Assembly: GCA_002269645.1 (NCBI GenBank) | Contig: NIVC01000019.1 | Span: 1,426,001 to 1,490,000 of the forward strand | DNA length: 64,000 nt | Reading direction: 5' to 3' | Source: Macrostomum lignano | Lineage: Eukaryota | Shown: positions 53,285-64,000 of the stretch, in pieces | How the letters are laid out: each line of letters starts with the position of its first letter | Numbering within the stretch: position 1 is the stretch's first letter | Notes under the pieces: model-generated | Database searches by the model: none | Told to the model about the DNA's origin: nothing | Seen by the model: the letters and a program-made list of their open reading frames with translations, nothing else | Translations under genes and position numbers: made by a program

Positions 53285-55050
53285 GAGTCAGCGGAATTCC
53301 GTCCCAGAGTCATTGCAGGTAACACAGGTGAGTAGGAAAGAAGTGACTCCAGACCATTCTAAAACTACGAGATGTCACGGTACAAGTCGCCAAAAAGTGG
53401 GTGCCCACAGCCCTTATGCAGTTATTATTAATTCTCGTACTATGCTACAGACTCTGCAGTCTACTCGATCTCTGTCGGATTCCATTAACTTTCTTCGTTA
53501 ACCGCAAACTCTTTATTGGTAGTCATTGCAACAGCATCTAAAATCGACCACAGCATCAGGCTTCAATTGGTCTAATTAACTTCAATGAATTTCTGGTGCT
53601 GCCACATCAGCCGGTGAGAAAACTGCACAATTCAGACAGGCGTGCTAGGGCGTCTGCCATTCAACTCTCGTGCAGCCTCTTGCCTTACAGGAAGGTCATA
53701 TTTCATGGCAGGCCAGCGAAAGTGAACACATTTTTTATGACCGCTGGCTGACTCTTGCTGTTTCCATCCTTCCCTCTAGAGGCAGCGCCGTCGGCTGTGC
53801 ACGCAACTTCCCTTGGAGAAAGTTTCTTCCCACGAATCATTATTTACACGCCATGCCCCGACTAAATCAGAGCCGGTCGCGGGGAGCCGGGGTTATTATG
53901 CTCGAAGATTTTCGCTTGACGTAAAAAAATATCCAAACGAGTGACCCTCGTCATCAAACTGTGTGTCACATCTGAGTCGTGCCAATTGCTGGGCCTGGGC
54001 TGGGTGAGGCCCGGCAGCGCCCACCAGTCTACGTGATCAATTAGCACCTTTGAGTCGAACGCCTCCGGGGGTGTGGGCAAAGTCAGAGAAGCTTTCATGC
54101 GCAGCTCAGCTCCTTCACCTGCATTGGCAGCGGAGGGAATCCGACACGACAAACTAATGGACACTGGCTGCATGCGCCAGTTCATATAACGAGCTGGATT
54201 CCTCAGCAACTCGCCAGGTGATTGGAGTGGCGCCCAGTTCGGTTAAGATTTCGCCACTTCGCTTCTATCGCAAGCCTCCCAGAGTCAACTCAAATACACT
54301 GGTCTGGCGCGCTACTCTCTTATCATTCTGCACTCTGTCTCTTATAGAATAGAATCGGGGAGCTTCTTCCAATCGGTCTTCGGTCAGTTTCCTCTCTCAC
54401 TGCCGAAGTCAGCTGGGCCGAGCAGAGGGTCTGATGGCCCTCCGATGCTAATTAACATCGGCTGCGAGGCGGGCGGGCGAACACTGTTGATTTATTTTAG
54501 CTATCAGAGACGAATTGGACGGAGATTTTCGTACTGTTGCATGAGCTCAAACCCTACTCATAAGATGGTAACTGATGAATTTCACTGCTCAAGGAGTCTG
54601 CAATTCGGTCGGATTCTACTTTTATCATTCTGTGCCTGATTTAAATGCTTGCATTTAGAGATAACTGTAACTGATTTACATAGCAAAAATTGCTTGGCAC
54701 TGCACCGCGAACCCTCCAAGATTTGCATTTTCTCCCGTCAGGTTTCATTATTATTCTCTAATTTATGTAATTTTTGCTTCATTAGGCTAAGAGCCTTAGG
54801 TTAACTGCATGGGCTGCCTCCAGGAGTGCCTAGGGCTTAATTGAGCCAATTATCTTTCCACTAAGGGGTCTTTTTGGCTTCTATGAGGTCCATTGTATCG
54901 AGACTCAGGAGGCTCGTACTGTACTTATTTTTTAGCTTTCACTTTTGTTCTCCAATGCACAGATCGGCGCAAAGACTTGCGTTGGGACGCCCAAAAGAAT
55001 TTGAAAACTTTTTCTAATTGGTCGAACGACTGAAATAATTGTTTAGTCTA

Positions 55051-55892
55051 GTGGGTTTCTGTTCGGTATTCGACTCTCAGGGCTCATTAGGTCGGTGGGT
55101 TTCTGTTCGGTATTCGACTCTCAGGGATCATTAGGTCGGTGGGTTTCTGTTCGGTATTCGACTCTCAGGGATCATTAGGTCGGTGGGTTTCTGTTCGGTA
55201 TTCGACTCTCAGAGATCATTAGGTCGGTGGGTTTCTGTTCGGTATTCGACTCTCAGGGATCATTAGGTCGGTGGGTTTCTGTTCGGTATTCGACTCTCAG
55301 GGATCATTAGGTCGGTGGGTTTCTGTTCGGTATTCGACTCTTAGGGCTCATTAGGTTTGTGGGTTTCTGTTCGGTATTCGACTCTCAGGGATCATTAGGT
55401 CGGTGGGTTTCTGTTCGGTATTCGACTCTTAAGGCTCATTAGGTTTGTGGGTTTCTGTTCGGTATTCGACTCTCAGGGATCATTAGGTCGGTGGGTTTCT
55501 GTTCGGTATTCGACTCTAAGGGATCATTAGGTCGGTGGGTTTCTGTTCGGTATTCGACTCTTAGGGATCATTAGGTTTGTGGGTTACTGTTCGGTATTCG
55601 ACTCTCAGGGATCAGTAGATCGGTGGGTTTCTGTTTGGTATTCGACTCTCAGGGATCATTAGGTCGGTGGGTTTCTGTTCGGTATTCGACTCTCAGGGAT
55701 CATTAGGTCGGTGGGTTTTTGTTCGGTATTCGACTCTCTGGGATCATTAGGTCGGTGGTTTTCTGTTCGGTATTCGACTCTAAGGGATCATTAGGTCGGT
55801 GGGTTTCTGTTCGGTATTCGACTCTCAGGGATCATTAGGTCGGTGTGTTTCTGTTCGGTATTCGACTCTCAGGGATCATTAGGTCGGTGGGT
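55051..55892. repeat. 44-bp minisatellite GTGGGTTTCTGTTCGGTATTCGACTCTCAGGGATCATTAGGTCG
   Basis: Period of 44 bp, ~19 copies with point variants, no spacers. Confidence 0.96.
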
Positions 55893-56502
55893 TGCTATTT
55901 AGTGGTAGACTAGGTGGTCAGTGGTTTTTTCTATTTTATATCAAGGATCAGTAATGCTAGATTGTTTAATCAAACGAAGAAAATATGATACGGATAACTC
56001 ACCTTAAAACTGGTTTATCAGTGAGTTTTTTATGATTTAGATGGCTGTCGTGTCGGCTCGCGAGTCTTGGGCCGACGTTTTTACTCGTTGTTTTATAATT
56101 CTATCATCTCGAGCCGGACTGAGCGATTTCTATTGGCTGAATCCGCGGTAGGCCGTCGCACTTGGGCCAAGTCAGTCGTGCGAGATGCAGATCGGGGCAA
56201 TGCCAGTAAGATATAACTCTGGAACAGTTAGACTGTTAATCTCATGACCGAACGGATTTTAGGTCTTATCAAATCACTTCGATAGATCGATTAAGCCAGA
56301 AAAATGTGAAGGTGTTTTCGTACACTTAGTGTCCTATGGTAAAGGTTCCGTGTGCGCGCTCAGGGTCAGTGGAATTGGGCTCGACTTGCTTGCCTTCTCT
56401 AGCTGGGTCGGATCGACTGTCGCCTTGACTTGTGGCAGTCAGTGGATTTTAGTTGGAGGTCACCGGAACACTAAAGGGGAGCAAAAAATTGATGTTTTGG
56501 TG

Positions 56503-56704
56503 GGCGCCCTTGTCTCTCGATGGGCGCCCCTGTCTCTCGATGGGCGCCCCTGTCTCTAGATGGGCGCCTCTGTCTCTTGGTCATTCTGCACTCCGCAAGA
56601 CGCCCCTGTCTTTTGTTAGGCGCCCCTGTCTCTTGGTGGACGCCCCTGTCTTTTGTTAGGCGCCCCTGTCTCTTGGTGGACGCCCCTGTCTTTTGTTAGG
56701 CGCG
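56503..56704. repeat. ~19-20-bp minisatellite GGGCGCCCCTGTCT(CTCGAT/TTTGTTA)
   Basis: About 10 copies with two alternating variants. Confidence 0.88.
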
Positions 56705-58127
56705 CTCAACCCAATCTCCTAAGCCGATGAAAGCCCAAGTCCAAAAGGTGGCAGAAGTTGAGCTCTTGTCGTGTGTCGAGCTTGGCTAACTCACGTTTAG
56801 TTTTCGTAGGAGTGCAATTTTTATGCGGGCAATGCTTGGGGACCCAAAGCCCCATGCGAACTAGCACTTTATGCTTGAAATTCTGCACTCTCACGCCACT
56901 CCGCAAGGTGCACTCTTGTCCGCCATCGGTAGCAGCAGCAATTCCATCGCGAATTTCGATTGCGATCCAGCTGAATTTATGATGATGACCAGCATCCACT
57001 GGCTTGCTGCATCAATAATTGCACTGAGGCCCTGATTGCATGCAATTTCCAGCAGAGACAAGACCCGGGTTCGAGTGGAGATCCCTCCTCCCTCGAATGT
57101 CGGAGAGGGGAGGGGAATGGAGATGAGGCGCATGATTCTGAGCTCCTATTGAAGCAGCATCCACTTGTGAGAGTGGCAATATCATTGCATTGGCACAATC
57201 AGTGCAATTGAGAATTTCGTGTGTGCATATCGCTTTGAATACGATTACATCGCATTCCATGCGGAAGGACAAGACTATCCAATGGATAAGTCTGCTGCCG
57301 CCCTGTTAATCATCCAGCCACCTGTTCACTGAGCATAGCGTGATTGACAGTGGCTGTGGTAAGTGCTTTTGGAGCCCTCATTGTCCGTAGAGTCACGAAT
57401 TGCTGCTGCTGAAAACCTTCCAATGACCGAGTTCAGAGTGCAATCGATTGTGTTTGCATTCAATTTGAACGGAAATCTTCTCTCTGCATAGGGCAATTAA
57501 AACACTATTGAGAATCTAAAATTGATTGGCAGTGAATTCGAAAGTGTAGAATTTTATTAGATAAATCTAGATTTACTTTCAACAGTTTTCAAGTCAATGG
57601 AAAAACTGTGAGCCTCCACAGGTGTGCCGAAGAATACGATTCAAACTCGCCCAGGACCGGCTGTAGAGTTCTTTCGAGGCCTACTAATTGTTTAGCTGAA
57701 CTTAATCTCTAAGCTGAATGTAGTTTTCTTGCCTGTGGACGCAACCGTTGGAATTTATATTTACACTCTACACCGTGCTGGCTTTGCTAGAGGGGACATT
57801 GCTCGTGTTACAGGACACTCTTCGACAGCTATTGAGCGCTATATTCAGTTTGACGTACAAGACCATTTTAAAGTATCGCATGATCTTCAATCTGATGGTC
57901 AGTCATCAAGTCCGTCTCTTGAATCCAATCCTGAGCGCTCTGTTCAAGCTATGGAACAAAGCAACGTGGTGAGTGCTAATCCTGCAAAGGAAATGAGGCG
58001 TAGCATCAACGGTAATACTAATACTGTTGAAATCGTTTTTGAGTGAGTGCTTACAAGGCAGAAGGCGCTTCTATTTATTACCTTTTTGAACTTCCTCTTG
58101 TTGTTAGTTTTGTTAGTTTACATTTGT

Positions 58128-59150
58128 TAACAACAACAACAACAACAAAATACGTTGTCAGTTGGTCAGCAGACAACGTCACAGGGCGCGTTTCAAGGCC
58201 TGGGCGCGAACGTAGGCCGCACCGCCGGCAGTGTCCGGGGCGCCGGCATCAACCAGCAGGCAGTCGACGAAACGCCGAGTGCGCACCTGCCCCCGCCGGT
58301 AGGGTGCCTGCAGCGTCGGCAGCAGCACCTCCTTCACCGGCTGTGGGCATTACAACTTGGCTCGGATGATCTGCTCGGATGGCCTGCCAGCAGGAGTTCC
58401 CAACGGCGCAACAGTTCGCTGGGACGGGACAGGTCGGTGACTCGCAGCAGGCCAGCGTGCGCCGCATCGACCATCTGTTCGAGCAAATCCGTCAGCGTCC
58501 AGGTCTAGGCGTTGTAAAACAAGACGGTTTCGATCACCGCTTGGAACAACGCCGCCCTCTGGCGGTCGGGCAGGGCCTTAGACTGCAGGACAGCCCTCAC
58601 GGAACGGAAGGCAGCCCAGGCAAGTCCATGGCGACGTCGCAGGTCCTCGCGAACGTCAGGCACCAGACCGCCGAGGTAGACGAAATTCTGACAGCACGGA
58701 AGCTTCCTCACCTGCGCGTCAGCGCTTTGGCAGAAAATAGACACCTCGATGTCGTCCGGCACGCAGAGCACGACGGTTTTCTGCGTGTTGACCACCAGGC
58801 CGACACTCGCCGCAACGCTTACCAGCCGGTCAAATGGCGCTGGGCGCTCTCAATGGTTCAGGACAGCAGAGCGATATCATCGGCGTAACCAAGCACAAGC
58901 TTGAAGCAAGCTGAGCCGCCTTTCCGGTTGGCGTCGACCCACGCGTCGCTGCAGCAGGAAGCCGTCGTCGTTAGAAGGGAGAGCAGTCTGCAACATTTGT
59001 TAAATACAATTGTAGCAGGACTGAGAACTATTTCTCAGACCTCGTATGGGGACTGAGAGATGGCTTTCAGTCCTCCTACAACCGATAAATTACCATAGAA
59101 GTTGATGTTCCTTTGGATGAGACTGGAAAAGAGGCGAGAAATGCACTTTC
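58128..59150 (-). mobile_element. 5'-truncated degenerate RTE-like LINE
   Basis: Minus strand LGYADDIALLS, GLVVNTQKT, FVYLGG, AWAAFRS, LFYNA*TWTLT; (GTT)n tail at ~58128-58148. Confidence 0.85.
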
Positions 59151-59223
59151 TGTAGGTTAAACTTCAATAAGAACAAGTATGAATTTCTGATGCTATTCAC
59201 AATTTTCTGATTGGGACTCAGCC

Positions 59224-60894
59224 ATGATTCGCGGGAGCAGGCGAGGCGTCAGCAGCATCCGAATGCTCCGACCAAACGCCGTCGCAGCTCGCGAGGAGTT
59301 CCTCATTCCGCTGACCAACGGCAGCGTCAGTCCGGCCGTGGACGATCCCACACTGCGACGAATTTTACAGCGTCACCGGTGCCGCATCAGCTTCCTGACT
59401 GTGACACCGCCGCCGCCTCCTCTGCCACAGAAGAGCTCGCTTGGACGGTCTCGGTGTCCGATAAACTTTGTTTTGCCCCGCTGTCGGGTCCGAGTTGTCG
59501 GCGAAGATGCGGCTACTGTCAGGCGATGCTGTCGCCAGCTCGAGTCCAGCTTTCCCGCGTTCGCCAACCGGATGTCCGCTGCTGCGAGCGCCGCATCGCC
59601 GAGTGCCGCAGGTGGAGGTCGTGCGATCGCCCCGAACATTCTCAACGATGGCAAGCTGAGCTTTCTCTGCGCCAAAAGGTGACTCTTTGTAGTAGTTGCG
59701 TTCTCCCAACGATAGAAAAAGACAATTTCAGAGGAGATAGGAAGTAACCTAAAGCATACAAAAACATCGGGTTGCCTCTGCAGAAAGCCTGCACAATATC
59801 ATCAAAATCGACTGCTGCTCCAGCACTCTGCACTCCGCTCGATCCTTCGGTTACCCGAGACGACGATGCACTGCGGCTGCTCCGGCTGCATCAGCTGCCA
59901 GCAGTTTCCCAGCGACGCTTACAGCCCGTACTTTACTCAGACAGACGACGCTGAGGATGCCAGCAACAGTCCCTGCGTCATCTCCAACTGCGACGCAGTG
60001 GCCTCGGGGACGTCAGTGAGCTCGTCCGGGATAGAGAGACTTCGGCACAAGCGTCAGCGACGTCGAAAAAGTCGAAAGCTTGACGACCGGAGGTCCAAGT
60101 CGTTAGATACTGTTTATTCAGCAACCCTAAGCATTTCAATGGCAGGAGATTGCGAGCTGAATATGCTGGGTGAGCGCTTCGACACCGTTTCTTTTTGTGC
60201 ATCAACCACTAGCATGGTCAGGTTGTCATGCAAGTTCAAATCGCTCTGCATCTTTTCCGTCGGTCATTATAGTATATAGTAGCTTATTATTATTATTATT
60301 ATACGTCGTATCATGTATTGTACTTAGCTCATTTTTCCATCACACCAACCAATAGTCTACTGCAGTTTCATCGCAACCTGCAGTCTCCATTCTGAACTCT
60401 TTCCCGCTATTTCCGCTACAGACGAATGGCTGAACGAGGCTGACAGCACCTGCGTCAGCAGCAGCGCTAGCAGCGGCAAAGCGGTTATTAGCGACGAAAG
60501 TGCATCGAGAAACGTCCCTAGCAACAAGGCCAGACAGCAGAGCAAAGTCGCCGATGCTTGCATTCAAACGTCGCCAGTTCCCTTGGCTGCTGAGAGCCAC
60601 AATAATCAAGCAATCAAAACTCTGCAACGATCGTCAACTGACTCGAAATCAACTGAAGTTTACGCTATTCGAACTACTCGAGGGACATCGCCTCCCAGCA
60701 ACAGCCAGACGTTGCTAGAAAAGAAAAAGGCGAATTTTTCTACGCCTGCAGCTGCTGAGTGCGACGTCGGAGGCTACACGGCATGGCCAAGAGCGCACGG
60801 CAGAGTCGCCCACCGAAGGATCTCATGGTTCCTGCGTGCGCCATCGGCCAGACTCAAAGGACGGCGCCGTCCTTTGATAGGGCTTCATTATTAA
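59224..60894 (+). CDS. Orphan 3-exon protein with a putative N-terminal globular region and a Ser-rich tail
   Basis: Exons 59224-59678, 59784-60169 and 60422-60894 join in frame (phase 2: AAAG|gtgact...ctgcag|; phase 1: CTGG|gtgagc...ctacag|). Confidence 0.55.
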
Positions 60895-61519
60895 AGCCAG
60901 TATTGCTTAATTTGTACTCTGTAGTCTGCAGGTCCGACTTAAGACTCCCGAGACCCTATTGCTTTCGTGTTACTTGACTATCAATCCAAATTTTATAAAG
61001 AAAATACATACGTCTTTGGTTGGAGTCCCTAACTATACTACGCAGGTTGTGAATATCACATGCTCAGCTGTGCCAGTTGAATTTAGTTCTTCTATGTCAG
61101 ACAAAGCATTCACACTTTTTATGAGCCTTTCAATCAATAGATCTTCCGTTTCGACCACGTTGCTTTCATAGCATGTCGCCAGTGTTTTTTAAATTAAAAG
61201 TGTCAAAGAATCTTTTCATGAAGATAAAGAGTATTGAAGCTGGAAACGTTTTTAACAGCCTGCTTATGAATAAAATGAAGCGAACCTGTTCTAGTATTAG
61301 CGCAACTGATCGTGACAGTTGTGGTTCACGGGTGATTGATTGTCTTCCTCAAGCTTGATAATCTATAAAGGCTGCTACGGAATTTACCATAGAGACTAGC
61401 GCCATTTTTCTTATTCATTCTGCAATGGTAACGCTAAGCGAGCAAAGCTAATCAACTGAAAAAAATTCCGAGCTGTTCTATCGGCAGTTCGCCTCGCAAG
61501 CGACCGCTAGACGAGACAG

Positions 61520-63549
61520 ATGGGCAACGCGCCCGGCAAGCCAGCGGACTCGCCCATGCTGGACCCCATGGGCACGGGCGAGCAGGCGACGCCATTCAGT
61601 CGGTACTACGAGATCAGCAAGGCCAGCGCTCGCGAATGGCGCTCAAGATTTTTTCAACGCCTGGCCGACGGCATCATGAAGGATTTCTGGAGCCCGCCTC
61701 CCAATGCTGAGGTGACAGCCGACAGTCTGGAGGAGTTCGTGCCCATCGACACCGGCTACCGCCTGCCGCACGGTCACTTTGGCATTTTTCCTCTGGTGAA
61801 GTACAGGCAAACAGGCAAACTCTACCGGATGAAAATTCACTCCAAAAAGCTGATGCGCGAGTCCAGCATGCCAAAGTGCTCAGCTAAAGTGCTCACTGAA
61901 CTGCAGATTCTTGCCAACGCTGACAATGTTTTCATACTTAAGTGAGTTAACAACCTTAACATTTTCTGGCTATCAGTATACCAGATGTACCAAGTACCTA
62001 GGCCAAGGAGTGTCCCAGAGTTGTTTCATAAAATCGTTGCAGGTAAACTTAGGTAAAATAAACGACGCTAGAACGACGAGAGTCGCCCTAAGAGTCCATT
62101 TGAAGCGTTTTATTGTCTGCGACTCTGGAACGACTCTGGGGCTGTAGAATCGCTGAGTTGCGTCTAAAGTGCATCTGCGCCACTTGATGAAATAGAATCG
62201 CATTTTGCATTTATAACAATTCTGTTTAGTCTACTCAAGTTAGTGAAAATGGAAAATGGAAAATGGAAAATGGGCATTACGAATTGTTTCACTGGTTGCA
62301 GGGCAGCTGTCACCTGGAATTACGGCAGTTTCCCCGCAACTAAACCTTATAACCTCGTCCCATACTCATAATCATAAGCAGCGGGTTTTTCTCAAAAATC
62401 GTGGCTGGATTTTAATATGTCAATGCTTCTAACTACCAAAGACCATATTTGTATTTAACATGTACGAGTATTTTTTGCCATAGTTAACTTCCGTCGCATC
62501 TTTAACTGCTCAACAGACTGCAAGGCTACTTTTTGGACTACATGAATATCTACATTGTCATGGAGGACTATCGAGCAGGGGACTTGAATTCGGCTCTGAT
62601 TCGCAGTTCATCTGTATTCCCAGGTCTACGCGAGGCTAAGATTTTGTCGGAGAAGGAAGCCCGTTTCCTAGCTGCTCAGCTAATTTCGGCAATTCACTAT
62701 CTGCACTCGATAAATGTTATGCATCGCGACATTAAGCCGCAGAATGTGCTGCTCAAATTCAACGGCTACATGGTGCTCTGCGATTTCGGGTTCTCTAAAT
62801 TAATGCGACAGGAGCACAGGTGAGTTTTTGGATGCAACGCGATTTAAATCGTGTTCAATATTTTGACGAAGGCTATACAATATAGTACTGCCAACTCATT
62901 TCGTTTGTGTAACAGGACTTACTCGATTCTTGGTACTTGGGAATTCATGGCTCCAGAGATTCTTCGCAATCAAGGATACACCTACTGTGCTGATTTCTGG
63001 GGCTACGCCTGCATTCTGCATCAACTAGTTGCCGGCTGTCCACCTTATAAACGAGTTCCAAAGACTGGCAACGGACTTCACTTCGAGTATCGAAATCTTA
63101 TGCCACCAGTACCGTTCATCAGACGTGACTCGTTTAGTGTTCGCAGCTCTCAGTATACATGGGAGGAGTTTGATAAGCTAATGTTTGAAAGGCAAAGTAA
63201 AGTAAGTTCTTTGTTATCTGACTTGCTATTCCATTTGCTGCGATTGGATCCATATCAGCGATTAGGCAGCTCCGTAATAGTCGAGCGGAATCCTGATCGA
63301 ACAGGCTGTGGAGCCATGGAAATAATGTCTCATATGTGGTTCAAAGACATCGACTTTATCAAGCTACAAGAGCAAAGTATTCCAGCGCCATGGAAGCCAC
63401 GGTACTTTGAGTACACAAACGCATCTGAAAGTGACTGGATTCGTTTTGATGTGGTAGAACATGTCGATCCAAATAATACCGAGAGGCAGCCTCAAATGCG
63501 TTCAATCCAGCACAATGATCAGCTTTCAAAAATGTCTATAACAACTTGA
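61520..63549 (+). CDS. Divergent PKA catalytic-subunit-like AGC Ser/Thr kinase
   Basis: MGNA start; beta3 Lys (YRMK); alphaC Glu; HRDIKPQN; DFG; GTWEFMAPE; ADFWG; C-tail APWKP. Exons 61520-61941, 62517-62819 and 62916-63549 joined by two phase-2 introns. Confidence 0.9.
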
Positions 63550-64000
63550 AGATCAAAAACAGGTTGTAACAGATGTGTTAAGAACACGAAACAGTTGACT
63601 ACCTTTAAAATCATCGAGTTGTGCTTAAGCACAAAGATGAGAGTATCGTATTCAATTTAATGCTATTTTAACATAATCATGTGGTATGTGTTTCACTCTG
63701 CATTTCATTTCTAAATTTTACTAATGCTGTTACGCATAAAGCGTTTACAACGTGGTTCTTTTTATTTACACATTTAGTTTTTCATTTTCTTAGAAATAAA
63801 GTATTATCAAGCAACTGGCAAAACTGCCCTGAACAAACTGTCTGTTGATTTTAAAGTCAGTTAATGCTTGTCTTATCAACAAAACAGTACTGCACTAGAA
63901 CGTAAGATAAATAAGTATATTGAAGAAAAGACAGTATTAGTGTTTAACTGGTGTTAATGATATATATCTAACGATCTTATTGTTTGACAGTGACCATAAA

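Noticed and set aside
53862-54209. Possible isolated exon on the minus strand
   Set aside because: It cannot be linked to neighbouring exons or to a known domain.
54560-54600. CTGATGA hammerhead-core matches (also 11660, 19490, 23139)
   Set aside because: No appropriately placed GAAA or flanking stems were found.
56700-57520. Possible transposase remnant next to the 20-bp minisatellite
   Set aside because: Translations in all frames showed no DDE or other recognisable motif.

Overview
This is a eukaryotic animal window with spliceosomal GT-AG introns, GC-rich exons and many repeats. It looks like a free-living flatworm such as Macrostomum, which is an inference. Host genes: a 7-repeat delta-type protocadherin (minus strand); two intronless paralogous cation-type Cys-loop ligand-gated channel subunits; an atypical, probably O2-binding soluble guanylyl cyclase; a precursor for 12 copies of GAYSGFLamide; a divergent PKA-like kinase; and two or three orphan low-complexity genes. 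Mobile DNA: a full-length Gypsy element with a MITE inside one LTR; a BEL/Pao element nested in an RNase H-bearing LINE; a 2.2-kb solo-LTR-like element; a Crypton-like fragment; a hAT MITE; CORE-type SINEs; and LINE fragments. There are many mini- and microsatellites. The top candidate for a new system is the channel pair. It lacks the canonical acetylcholine-binding residues, the membrane domains are almost identical, and divergence is concentrated in the ligand-binding loops. That pattern recalls a diversifying chemosensory receptor family like the cephalopod chemotactile receptors. All exon and element coordinates were read by eye, and ends marked ~ are approximate.
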